Counted from the stretch's first letter, positions 1 to 8,670 are shown. The stretch is 56,595 nt of DNA from a virus (IMGVR_UViG_3300020045_020339:1-56595), one strand, 5' to 3'. The notes: generated by a model from the sequence alone, not told the origin. Numbers and translations: made by a program.

Positions 1-121
1 AATGGACCAACACAACGGAAATCCTTTTGCTGCAATGTGTAGTATGATAGTGTCTTTTTTTATGAGTTTTTATGCATTTATACTGGCAGATGCACAGAGC
101 GCCGCAGCATTAATAGCATCT
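1..121. repeat. Terminal direct repeat, copy 1 (circular assembly overlap)
   Basis: 1-121 is identical to 56475-56595. Confidence 0.95.
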
Positions 122-205
122 ATTATAGCTGCTATTTCAGGCCTTTTTGCAATACGGTATTATTGGTATGCAGCTAAAGAAAAAAAGCAGAATTTAAAAA
201 AGTAA
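2..205 (+). CDS. Small membrane protein, holin candidate
   Basis: 67 aa, two hydrophobic segments, basic C-terminus (KEKKQNLKK), first gene of lysis region. Confidence 0.55.
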   Translation: MDQHNGNPFAAMCSMIVSFFMSFYAFILADAQSAAALIASIIAAISGLFAIRYYWYAAKEKKQNLKK

Positions 206-215
206 AACCATCATT

Positions 216-596
216 ATGAATAATTATTTTATTGTAGCCCTGGGAATGTTTTTAGGCCAAATGTCATCCACGGCAATTATTGTGTACATCGCACAAAAGA
301 AAAAAGATATTGCCTATGCCCCGGCTTTAAAAGCCTACTTAAAAAGTGAGCAGGGCGGCTATATAATTGCATTTATAATGATGCTGGTAGTAATGTTTTT
401 AATGCCCGATTATATTGAGCCTTTAAAAGCACCGGGTGATACTACACGTACCTGGTTAGAAAAAGTACAGCTGGCAAAAAATTTCAGGCTTTACGCTTAT
501 TGTTTTGGAGTATTCGCCCCGTTGATCGCATTGATTTTATTTAAAAAAGGGTTAAAGGCAATCAATAAAGAAGATGCAAAATTATCAGTGGGGTAA
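216..596 (+). CDS. Three-TM membrane protein, holin/antiholin candidate
   Basis: 126 aa, three hydrophobic stretches, lysis region. Confidence 0.5.
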   Translation: MNNYFIVALGMFLGQMSSTAIIVYIAQKKKDIAYAPALKAYLKSEQGGYIIAFIMMLVVMFLMPDYIEPLKAPGDTTRTWLEKVQLAKNFRLYAYCFGVFAPLIALILFKKGLKAINKEDAKLSVG

Positions 597-653
597 CAAT
601 TAATTTTTTAAACCTATTCCCCCGAAAAAGGAGGAATTACAAACTATACAATT

Positions 654-1085
654 ATGAAAAAATTATTTTCAATGTTAGCTATTTCAGCCATGGTATTATT
701 AAGCAGTTGCGACAAATCAGAAGTTAATCAGGAAGGAACGCATGTAGTTGTTCAACCATCTTGGGGTGAGGCATTCCATTATGCCAACATCGCCAAACCT
801 TCACAAGTTCCATGGACAATTCTTGGTATAACACTTATCGCTACATTTTTTGTACTGGCTTATGTAGCCAATAAAAAGATGAAAAAAAGCCCGGTTGCTT
901 TTGTGGTAATCGCTTTTATTGTTTTAATTCCTTCGGGCATTGCCTCTTTAATAAGCAAGCCCAATGCGGTAAGAATGGATAACACTCCAACAGTATCAAA
1001 AGAATACTTTGAAAAGGTTGGGCAGACTTATATACTAGATAGTATGTTTAATTCAAATCACCTGAGCAATGCTGCTGTAAAATAA
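654..1085 (+). CDS. Putative lipoprotein with two additional TM helices
   Basis: MKK start, hydrophobic core, LSSC lipobox, two further hydrophobic segments. Confidence 0.6.
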   Translation: MKKLFSMLAISAMVLLSSCDKSEVNQEGTHVVVQPSWGEAFHYANIAKPSQVPWTILGITLIATFFVLAYVANKKMKKSPVAFVVIAFIVLIPSGIASLISKPNAVRMDNTPTVSKEYFEKVGQTYILDSMFNSNHLSNAAVK

Positions 1086-1188
1086 AAAAGCCAGTACTAA
1101 ATACGGGCTTTAATTTGTTCTGCGAAAAAATAAACTGTTACATAAAATATTTTTTATGACAAAAGTCAGCAACCAAAGATAATAACTC

Positions 1189-1605
1189 ATGTTGGTAATT
1201 GCAATAATAGCACTCCAAATACTTTTTAACCTGGTTAACAGCCGGGTTGATGCGTACCGTATTTTTAAAACCAAAAGCATAGCACACGGCATAAATTTCG
1301 GGTGCTATGCTGCTTTAGTTGGTGCTGAGTGCTGGTATTTACAATCATCTGTTTTGATGACGGTGATCATGTGCATACAAGCATTTTTAAACCGGCAAAA
1401 CTGGTTTGATATTCCGCTAAACATGCGTAGGAGAAAGCACGATAAAACCATTACCTGGGATTACCAGAGCCGGGCCAAACCACCTAAAGCAATTACCGAT
1501 AGAATTGAGTACTGGATATTTGGTTACAACCCTGCAGCAATCGCAATTACTTATATGGTGCTTTGGGTGGCCAGTTTAATCACACTTTATATTTTAATAA
1601 AATAA
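1189..1605 (+). CDS. Membrane protein, hypothetical
   Basis: 138 aa with several hydrophobic segments. Confidence 0.6.
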   Translation: MLVIAIIALQILFNLVNSRVDAYRIFKTKSIAHGINFGCYAALVGAECWYLQSSVLMTVIMCIQAFLNRQNWFDIPLNMRRRKHDKTITWDYQSRAKPPKAITDRIEYWIFGYNPAAIAITYMVLWVASLITLYILIK

Positions 1606-1811
1606 TGTTTAGAATAAAGAAATATCCAAAAGGCTGGGTAGTTGAAATTCAAAAAAGGAAATGGTACGGGAAAAAATACTGGACGCATTTTGTAAATGTT
1701 TCAGGCATTGAAAGTCAGCCTTGGTATTTTAAAACATTTGATTATGCAATGATGGGATTAGTTGATGAGGTAAAGTACCAGGTAAACCGTAACGTAAGAA
1801 TTTATAATTAA
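1605..1811 (+). CDS. Hypothetical protein
   Basis: ATG overlaps the upstream TAA (TAATG); MFRIKKYPKGW... Confidence 0.65.
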   Translation: MFRIKKYPKGWVVEIQKRKWYGKKYWTHFVNVSGIESQPWYFKTFDYAMMGLVDEVKYQVNRNVRIYN

Positions 1812-1816
1812 AAAAA

Positions 1817-2209
1817 ATGAAAGCTTTACTATTCCTTCAAAAAAATAAATACCAGATCGGCTTTTTTATAATGGCCGGGTTGTGCATATACTTTTTATTA
1901 CAGGGCGTTAAAAAAGACCACAGCTTTGAATTATTTAAACAGGAAATAAAATACCAGGAAGCTGCCCGGCAACAAATAATAAAGGAGCGCCAGCCTTTAG
2001 AAGCAAAAATACAGGAGCAAATAAAAACGATCATTGAATTAAAAGTAAAAGATAGCCTGGTAGCCCTGCAAGCCAATGCTGTAGAAAACCGAATTAAAGA
2101 AATTTCAAAACCACAATATGTTAAAGAAAAAATTAAAGCAGTTGAAAACCTTAATGGTAACGATCTGCTTAATTACATCACTAACCTGCCAGAGCCAAAC
2201 GACTACTGA
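1817..2209 (+). CDS. i-spanin-like protein (N-terminal TM plus coiled coil)
   Basis: One N-terminal TM, Q/K/E-rich helical body, 3' end overlapped by next ORF, just upstream of endolysin. Confidence 0.5.
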   Translation: MKALLFLQKNKYQIGFFIMAGLCIYFLLQGVKKDHSFELFKQEIKYQEAARQQIIKERQPLEAKIQEQIKTIIELKVKDSLVALQANAVENRIKEISKPQYVKEKIKAVENLNGNDLLNYITNLPEPNDY

Positions 2210-2564
2210 GCCAGTAGTGCCGGTTCCGCAATCGGTGTTACAAAAAACAGTAAAGCTGCTGGAGGTAGGCGAATTTAATAAACAAAAAGCCGCATTGCTG
2301 CAGGAGCAGGTAAATCTTTTAAAAGAACAGATTGAACTTAAAAATAAAATTATTGCTACCTACGATCTAAAAGATACCAGTGTTGCCGAATTAATAGCAT
2401 CGCACAAAGCAGAGGTAGCCAATTTAGAGCAGCAGGTTAAAACAGCTACAGTAGAAGCCACAAAGCAAAACAAAATGATGAAAAGGCAAAAAAGGAAAAC
2501 GGTTTTTGTTGCGATCGCCGGGCCGGTGGTAACAGCAGCAGCATTTATTTATCTTAAAAAGTAA
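2118..2564 (+). CDS. Spanin-partner-like exported coiled-coil protein with C-terminal TM
   Basis: Signal-like N-terminus (ICLITSLTCQSQ), coiled coil, C-terminal hydrophobic anchor; start may be ATG 2154. Confidence 0.5.
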   Translation: MLKKKLKQLKTLMVTICLITSLTCQSQTTTEPVVPVPQSVLQKTVKLLEVGEFNKQKAALLQEQVNLLKEQIELKNKIIATYDLKDTSVAELIASHKAEVANLEQQVKTATVEATKQNKMMKRQKRKTVFVAIAGPVVTAAAFIYLKK

Positions 2565-2567
2565 GCC

Positions 2568-3233
2568 ATGATAAACGGTATCATTTTAAAGCAATTAGCA
2601 CCATCACTACCACAGGTAAAAGCTAATCAATATGCTGATGATTTGGACAATATTTGTCCAAAATACGGTATTGGTACCGCAGATATTTTCCATGAATTTA
2701 TTGCCACCCTTATACATGAATGCCACGAGTTTACCCGTTTTGAAGAAGGCTTAAATTACCAGGCTGTAGCCCTCACTAAACTATTTGGCCGGCACCGCAT
2801 AAGCGTTGATGATTGTTACCGCTATGGAAGAACAATGAAGCAGCCAGCCAATAAACAGATGATTGCAAATATCATTTACGGTGGCCAGTGGGGTAAAATA
2901 AATTTGGGCAATACTCAGCCAGGTGATGGCTGGCTTTTCCGTGGATCTGGACCAATGCAAATAACCGGCCGTGGCCTGGTAACAAAATTTACTATTTACT
3001 ATAATAAATTAATGGGTACTTCTTTTACACCCGAGCAAATGGCCAATCATTTACGAACCAATATTATTATTGGCATACATGCCGCCTGCTGGTTTTTTGC
3101 TATAGAAAAAAAGCTGATTGACGAGGCTATTAATGATGAGGTTTTAGCAATAAGAAAAAAAGTAAACGGCGGCACATTTGGTTTGGCCGAAATTGAAAGG
3201 CTTACCAATAAAGCCCGGCAATTGATACGATAG
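2568..3233 (+). CDS. Endolysin, glycoside hydrolase family 19
   Basis: FIATLIHEC...EEGLNY, GDGWLFRGSGPMQITGR and VNGG motifs typical of phage GH19 lysozymes. Confidence 0.9.
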   Translation: MINGIILKQLAPSLPQVKANQYADDLDNICPKYGIGTADIFHEFIATLIHECHEFTRFEEGLNYQAVALTKLFGRHRISVDDCYRYGRTMKQPANKQMIANIIYGGQWGKINLGNTQPGDGWLFRGSGPMQITGRGLVTKFTIYYNKLMGTSFTPEQMANHLRTNIIIGIHAACWFFAIEKKLIDEAINDEVLAIRKKVNGGTFGLAEIERLTNKARQLIR

Positions 3234-3307
3234 TATTTTCAAACATTCCGGGAGTTTGTTTAGTGGCTCCCGCAATTTTTCTCATATGCAGTTAGTTTTG
3301 GTAAACG

Positions 3308-3332
3308 GGCCCTGTTTTTACAGGGCCTTCTT
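3308..3332 (+). terminator. Hairpin GGCCCTGT-TTTT-ACAGGGCC after lysis cassette
   Basis: Perfect 8-bp stem, 4-nt loop, weak U-tract. Confidence 0.5.
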
Positions 3333-3358
3333 AATGGCCCAAAAAATAAATAAAAAAT

Positions 3359-3402
3359 ATTTGTGCAAAAATTTGCACAAATGAAAAAATGTATTATCTT
3401 TG
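3359..3402 (+). promoter_or_regulatory. Bacteroidota sigma-A promoter with palindromic operator over the -33 box
   Basis: TTTG 3372-3375, 19-nt spacer, TATCTTTG 3395-3402; perfect IR ATTTGTGCAAA-AA-TTTGCACAAAT 3359-3382. Confidence 0.8.
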
Positions 3403-3449
3403 TGTAACAAATCAGTTAACCGGGCTAATCACCCACAAAAATTAAAAAA

Positions 3450-3845
3450 ATGAAAAGTTACAAAACACTTAACGAAGCTATTGCAGCAGCAGAATTACAA
3501 TTAAATTCAAAAGTTGGTATTGAATCTGCGGAATTTCAAGAGGTAGAATTTTATAGCAAAAACGACCCTGCTAATACAGATACATTTACCTGCTATGTAG
3601 AAGATGGCAATAATCGTTTTTGCAAAAATGGCGGTGAAGTAATAACAAAGAAAATAATAACAACCTTCGTTATTGCTTGGCAACAGAACACCAACAAAGT
3701 ACGTTATCATGTTACTGGCGAAAAAAACGGCACAGCAGTTGCCGAAAGTGCAACTTTTTTTGATAGCGAAGAAGAGGCGCAGGCTCACATTGACGAGAAT
3801 GAATACCTAAATTGCTACGTGGAAGAGATTGAAATTTCTAATTAA
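3450..3845 (+). CDS. Acidic hypothetical protein (accessory cassette A)
   Basis: 131 aa ORF directly after promoter, A-rich leader. Confidence 0.75.
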   Translation: MKSYKTLNEAIAAAELQLNSKVGIESAEFQEVEFYSKNDPANTDTFTCYVEDGNNRFCKNGGEVITKKIITTFVIAWQQNTNKVRYHVTGEKNGTAVAESATFFDSEEEAQAHIDENEYLNCYVEEIEISN

Positions 3846-3851
3846 ATAAAA

Positions 3852-3878
3852 AAAGGCCCGGTAATCAGCCGGGCCTTT
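3852..3878. terminator. Intrinsic terminator, potentially bidirectional
   Basis: AAAGGCCCGG-N7-CCGGGCCTTT with flanking A/T tracts. Confidence 0.75.
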
Positions 3879-3920
3879 ACAAATCAATTTTCCTTTTACA
3901 GAAAATTAAAAAGTAAAAGT

Positions 3921-4247
3921 ATGAATAAAAAATACACTAAAACACCAGAAGATTTTGCAGCCTTTTTTATTGGCGAAAACAAAATTACCCATCCCGATTT
4001 TGAGTATATTTTTCATTTGGCAGAGCCACGTTGCATGATTAAGTACCGGCTAAATGATGGCTACTTTGCAGCCTATGACGAATTTTTTAATAACATAGCC
4101 GAAGTTCAGTGGCTGGATGGGCCAGCAGCAGCCCCTGCAGGAAACGATTTGCAAGCTTTTTTAACCACAGCATGGAATTACCTGGCTATTGAAGAGCGTA
4201 TTTTAGAAGACAATTTAAACGACATGGAAGATGACGAAGATTATTGA
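3921..4247 (+). CDS. Acidic hypothetical protein
   Basis: 108 aa, D/E-rich C-terminus. Confidence 0.75.
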   Translation: MNKKYTKTPEDFAAFFIGENKITHPDFEYIFHLAEPRCMIKYRLNDGYFAAYDEFFNNIAEVQWLDGPAAAPAGNDLQAFLTTAWNYLAIEERILEDNLNDMEDDEDY

Positions 4248-4422
4248 TAAAAATTTAACCTGGCTGCAAAAGCAAGGCCAGTACTTAAAAATAGACCGCA
4301 TTGCAAAAGAAATCGGCATACCGGGCCGCACATTAAAAGCTTTTGTTGATGGCGATCGGCCGCTAGCTGATAAGTGGCATGATAAAGTAAGTGAATGGGT
4401 TAAAGATCACAAAAAAGGTTGA
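4231..4422 (+). CDS. Small HTH DNA-binding protein
   Basis: KIDRIAKEIGIPGRTLKAFVDG resembles an XRE/Cro-type HTH. Confidence 0.65.
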   Translation: MTKIIDKNLTWLQKQGQYLKIDRIAKEIGIPGRTLKAFVDGDRPLADKWHDKVSEWVKDHKKG

Positions 4423-4511
4423 TACAAAAACATTTGGGACCAGCCAGCATGACGAAGTTGTGCTGTTAATAGCCGGAATAACTCTTTAAGGGGTTCTGCT
4501 AATAGTTTAAT

Positions 4512-4545
4512 CAAAAAGCCGCTAAAAATTGTAGTATTTAGCGGC
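4512..4545 (-). terminator. Minus-strand terminator, likely end of integrase transcript
   Basis: IR GCCGCTAAA 4518-4526 / TTTAGCGGC 4537-4545, followed by a U-tract on the minus strand. Confidence 0.5.
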
Positions 4546-4552
4546 CAATATG

Positions 4553-4560
4553 TATATTTG
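4553..4560 (+). promoter_or_regulatory. Bacteroidota -7 promoter box
   Basis: TATATTTG 23 nt upstream of ATG 4584. Confidence 0.55.
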
Positions 4561-4583
4561 TATCGACTAAAATATAATATACA

Positions 4584-5261
4584 ATGGCAAATCTACAAAC
4601 AAAATCCGATTCACTAATCGGTAAAACTTTCCAGTATTTAACAGTTACCAGCATTTCAAAGTATCCACGGCCATGGTCTAAATTAGACTATGATTGTTTA
4701 TGTATCTGCGGAAAAATTACCCAAGCTTCAAAAAGACAGTTAATTAGCAAAAAACAGGGGTTAAATAAAAGGTCATGTGGTTGTATGACAAAGATTCTTC
4801 AGGGTGAAAATAGGCAAAAGGAAAAGAGAACTGATGACCACAAACGCTTGCATCATATATGGTGCGGGATGAAAGCCCGATGTTATGATGAAAAGCATTT
4901 ATCTTATGAAAATTATGGTGGGAAAGGAATTTTTGTTTGTGATGAATGGCTCAATGATTTTATTAAATTTCGTGATTGGTCTTTAATTAATGGTTATAGT
5001 AAAAATCTTTCAATTGATAGAATTAATTGTAGTGGTAATTATGGCCCGGGTAATTGCAGGTGGGCAGATCTGGAAACACAAAACAATAATAAAAGCACAA
5101 GCCATAATATTATAATAAATGGAGTTACAAAAACACTTACACAGTGGGCGAAACAAAACGGACTTAATAAAAATATGGTCACGAAAAGAATAATGAGAGG
5201 TATGTCTGAAGTAGATGCTGTTACCTTACCCCGCCAAAAGACGATGCAATCTTTCAAGTGA
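4584..5261 (+). CDS. HNH-type homing-endonuclease-like protein
   Basis: CICG, SCGC, RLHHIWCGMKARCY, NYGGKGIFVCDEW and SIDRIN...GNYGPGNCRWA...QNNN motifs. Confidence 0.8.
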   Translation: MANLQTKSDSLIGKTFQYLTVTSISKYPRPWSKLDYDCLCICGKITQASKRQLISKKQGLNKRSCGCMTKILQGENRQKEKRTDDHKRLHHIWCGMKARCYDEKHLSYENYGGKGIFVCDEWLNDFIKFRDWSLINGYSKNLSIDRINCSGNYGPGNCRWADLETQNNNKSTSHNIIINGVTKTLTQWAKQNGLNKNMVTKRIMRGMSEVDAVTLPRQKTMQSFK

Positions 5262-6806
5262 CTTTTGTATTAGGGTACCATCGGGAGTACTAATGGTACT
5301 TTCATCATGTACCGCAAAGGGCTGCTCTATCAAGAGTAGCCCTTTTTCTTTTAGTATCAAGGCTTTACCAGCAAAGAGGGAATAAAGTTTAGGGGTTCTA
5401 TAAATACCATTATAGGTTAGGGGAATTTGAAATAAAATATTTAAAAGCGACTGTTGTTTATGCAACGGCATCTCCAAAAAAAGTTCCGGCAGGTTTAAAA
5501 GTTTAGGTAATAATTGATCCAGCATTTCAAATAGTACATTGGTTTCGGTACCAGCTTTTGCCAATTCTACTTCATAGCCAGAGATCCTTTCCTTTATTTC
5601 ACCGGTAACCCGGTTGTAAATACCAGCATCAACATCAGCAGTTAAAAACTTTTCCTGTACTTTTTCCAACTCCCGTTTTGCTTTCTGGTGTTCAATATTC
5701 AGCCGCATAATATTGCCACCTTTATTATTTTGGTGGTTCTTAATCACCTCTACCATGCTGTATTTTATTGTTTCAACATCAGCTGCTGAAAGGGAAAGGA
5801 TCTGTAATATCTCCAGCATGGTACCATGCAATTTGGTTGCGGAGTAATTATTTTCCGGATGACTATTGCATTTATAATACCAGTAGTATTTTCCATGCCG
5901 GCCTTTACTATTACCAGCAGTCATTTTTCGGCCACAGGTGCAATACAATACACCACGTAACCATACTTCACTTTCTGCCTGGTGGCTAACCGTTTTTTTA
6001 TTAAGCCTGTTCATGGCTTTGTAATAGTCCAGTTTACTTACAAGCGGTTCATGTATTGCATCCACTTCAAAGGCTGGATTGTTACCATTAGCAGGAACTG
6101 CAATTATGCCGGCATAAAGAGGGTTCGATAAAATGCGGGCTACAGCCGACTTGCTACGTAACTTTTTTAATGCCGGTAACAATGTTTTTATCTGTTCAAT
6201 ATTTACACCATCATTGTATAAAGTAAAAACCTGCTTAATAATATCAGCCTGTTCTTTCACCGGTACCATCACCGGCTCATGCTTACGCAGCTTCTTTTCT
6301 TCTTTACTCAGTTTAGTATTTTGGTAACCGTATGGTGCCAGGCCACAGTAACGGCCCCGGCACAAGCTGTTGTAAATACCATCCTTTACACGCTGCTTTA
6401 TTCTGTTATATTCATTGTTGCTGAACAGTAGCTGCATGATCCGGTTCAGCTGGTTGCCAATGTCCTCATTATTACGATCAACCGCATCAGTAACAGTAAG
6501 TACTTTTACATTTAACCGGTCTTCTATTTCCCGTAGTTTTAAAAGTGCATCCAGTAAGGTGGCCCGGCTAAAGCGATCAATGTGAAAGATGATCAGGTAC
6601 TTTATAGATTTGTTTGCCTTAAGGTATTTTTCCAGCGCAATCCATTCGGGCCGGTTAAAGGTAAAAGCGCTGCGGCCGTTATCGGTAAATACTTTTTTAA
6701 GGTGAAGGTTATTGCTGCTGCAGTATCGTTCTATGCCTGTTAATTGAGATTCCAGCGAATTACTCTGGTCCTTATCTGATAATCTTCTGTAACCGATCGC
6801 ATCCAT
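5226..6806 (-). CDS. Large serine recombinase (integrase)
   Basis: N-terminal resolvase motifs YRRLS and DRFSR, APYGY, recombinase domain ILSNPLYAG, zinc ribbon CTCG...YYKC, coiled coil. Confidence 0.93.
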   Translation of the reverse strand: MDAIGYRRLSDKDQSNSLESQLTGIERYCSSNNLHLKKVFTDNGRSAFTFNRPEWIALEKYLKANKSIKYLIIFHIDRFSRATLLDALLKLREIEDRLNVKVLTVTDAVDRNNEDIGNQLNRIMQLLFSNNEYNRIKQRVKDGIYNSLCRGRYCGLAPYGYQNTKLSKEEKKLRKHEPVMVPVKEQADIIKQVFTLYNDGVNIEQIKTLLPALKKLRSKSAVARILSNPLYAGIIAVPANGNNPAFEVDAIHEPLVSKLDYYKAMNRLNKKTVSHQAESEVWLRGVLYCTCGRKMTAGNSKGRHGKYYWYYKCNSHPENNYSATKLHGTMLEILQILSLSAADVETIKYSMVEVIKNHQNNKGGNIMRLNIEHQKAKRELEKVQEKFLTADVDAGIYNRVTGEIKERISGYEVELAKAGTETNVLFEMLDQLLPKLLNLPELFLEMPLHKQQSLLNILFQIPLTYNGIYRTPKLYSLFAGKALILKEKGLLLIEQPFAVHDESTISTPDGTLIQKSLERLHRLLAG

Positions 6807-7111
6807 TATTTTAATATTGCTAATGCCTGTTTTAATAATTCAGCAGCAGTAGGTTTTTTAGTTGCACGGTGCATGTAATTGGTATAGCCATAAAACCACT
6901 CCATAGAAACGTTGTACAGGTTGGAGGCTTTTAAAAATTGCTCGTGCTGAAAAGATTGTTTGCCATCAAGTATCTGCTTTTTATTGTTGGAGTGCTTAAA
7001 TCCTATTTTAAGTAAAAAATCTTTTTCACTACCCACCAACTTTTTATAGATGCACCAGTCCATCAGCTCCAGCATTCTCTTATCCCAAACAGGTATTTTT
7101 TTTGCAGCCAT
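6806..7111 (-). CDS. Putative HTH-like protein translationally coupled to integrase
   Basis: 101 aa; YNVSMEWFYG resembles the end of an XRE HTH domain; stop overlaps integrase ATG. Confidence 0.5.
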   Translation of the reverse strand: MAAKKIPVWDKRMLELMDWCIYKKLVGSEKDFLLKIGFKHSNNKKQILDGKQSFQHEQFLKASNLYNVSMEWFYGYTNYMHRATKKPTAAELLKQALAILK

Positions 7112-7129
7112 TAGTTAATACTTTTAATA

Positions 7130-7345
7130 CTATTTTTTACGGCAATCAACATCATTGCCTAATGTATCGGTAAAATTTATTTGCCTGTATTCATCTTCGG
7201 TCATACAGCCAACATCTTGATAAACATTTGAATTGTACCTTACCGGGCACTCCCAGCAGTAAACTTTATCTTTTTTGCAACTGTTAAAAATTACAATTGC
7301 TAAAGTGACAAAAAGGAGCAGTTTGGTAAATTTTTTTATTTTCAT
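7130..7345 (-). CDS. Small Cys-containing lipoprotein in lysogeny operon
   Basis: Basic N-terminus, hydrophobic core, FNSC-KK lipobox-like site, four further Cys. Confidence 0.6.
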   Translation of the reverse strand: MKIKKFTKLLLFVTLAIVIFNSCKKDKVYCWECPVRYNSNVYQDVGCMTEDEYRQINFTDTLGNDVDCRKK

Positions 7346-7515
7346 TTTAATAGGTTGATTAATAATATTTGAAAGTATATGTTTTTATTTTAAAGCCTTT
7401 ATTTTGATAAATAGCTTTCGAAAGAACCTTACTATCATTCTATGCAGTTCGATAATAATCCCTAGTCGGCCATGGTACTTCATAAATCGATTTTTGTTAA
7501 ATAGATATGGTTCAC

Positions 7516-7761
7516 TTATTTAATTTTCGATAAGTCTGAATCTTTTGTTTTATGCAAAATATTTACAACTCTTTCTTTACTTACACCACTGTTAATGGCT
7601 ATTTCTGCTAATAATAATATTTGTGCATTTAGTAAACGGTTTCGCTTACTTGAACCAACAGTATAAGCGATTGTAATGGCTAACAAAACAAAAAATATTA
7701 TTGTGCCAAAAGAAAGAAACAACAAAAAATCATCGGGTTTAATTGCAGATTGTAATAGCAT
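7516..7761 (-). CDS. Single-TM membrane protein
   Basis: 81 aa with a long N-terminal hydrophobic segment, directly downstream of repressor. Confidence 0.6.
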   Translation of the reverse strand: MLLQSAIKPDDFLLFLSFGTIIFFVLLAITIAYTVGSSKRNRLLNAQILLLAEIAINSGVSKERVVNILHKTKDSDLSKIK

Positions 7762-7765
7762 ATTA

Positions 7766-8524
7766 TTATATTTTAATTTTAAATTCTTTCTTTGCCGAAA
7801 TAGTTTTTTTGATCAATCTTCTAAAAACCCAAAGTTCTTTCAGGTCCTTTTTATCAAATAGTTTTTGTGGTGTGTGAGTTTCATTATCACTTATTAATAC
7901 CCATTGGCCATTATCTTTTACAAAAACTCTTTTTATGGTAACCATGGTATCAGTTACTAAAACATAAACGTAATAATTTCTGATATTGTCCCAATCTTCG
8001 GTAGGTACCTGGCTGCAAAGCACATGATCACCGGCTGTAAGAGTGGGCTCCATACTATCGCCATCCACTTCAAAGTACCTCCATATTGCACCTGCATAGC
8101 TCACACCAGGAGGAATAGCGTATTTATCAAGAGAGTTTAAAAGATCAATATTATCATAAGAATTTACATAGCCAGCCCTTGCCTTTACTGTTACCAGTGG
8201 TACTCTAAATTCTTGCTTTTCATTTTTTATCGACCTTCTTTTTACCATATAATCAACCTCTGGTTCCTCCAAAGTATTGTTTTCGATTGTCGAAATATCG
8301 AGCATTTTAGGAAGCTTTCCTATTTCTATATAGGCAGGATTTACACCGAAATATTTACTCAAGCGTCCTAAAAAAAGTGAGCTTATTTCCTTGCTACCAC
8401 CTAAAATATCTGAAACATAGTTGCCAGACCGATATCCAAGAGCTAAGCTTAAGGTATCGTTGGTAAGCTTATGTTCATTCTTTAAAAAATCTATAATCTC
8501 ATTAAGTCGTTCAGTCTTTTTCAT
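7766..8524 (-). CDS. cI: CI-like repressor (HTH plus S24 autopeptidase)
   Basis: N-terminal HTH, ARAG cleavage-like site, FEVDGDSMEPTL (catalytic Ser), VTIKRV (catalytic Lys); divergent from small Cro-like gene. Confidence 0.9.
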   Translation of the reverse strand: MKKTERLNEIIDFLKNEHKLTNDTLSLALGYRSGNYVSDILGGSKEISSLFLGRLSKYFGVNPAYIEIGKLPKMLDISTIENNTLEEPEVDYMVKRRSIKNEKQEFRVPLVTVKARAGYVNSYDNIDLLNSLDKYAIPPGVSYAGAIWRYFEVDGDSMEPTLTAGDHVLCSQVPTEDWDNIRNYYVYVLVTDTMVTIKRVFVKDNGQWVLISDNETHTPQKLFDKKDLKELWVFRRLIKKTISAKKEFKIKI

Positions 8525-8550
8525 CTAAAGAATTATATAAAAAATTAAAT

Positions 8551-8614
8551 TTTATCGAAATTTCGACAAAAAGTCGAAAAATAGTTGTTTAGTCGAAAAA
8601 GCGATATATATTTG
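8551..8614. promoter_or_regulatory. Immunity switch: TCGA-centred operators and rightward promoter
   Basis: TCGA at 8555, 8563, 8574 and 8593; palindrome TCGAAATTTCGA; IR TTCGAC-N5-GTCGAA; direct repeat AGTCGAAAAA twice; TATATTTG 8607-8614. Confidence 0.7.
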
Positions 8615-8670
8615 CTATGCAATTACGCTTTACTGCAAAGCAAAGCAATTTAAAATAAAAAACTTGAATA

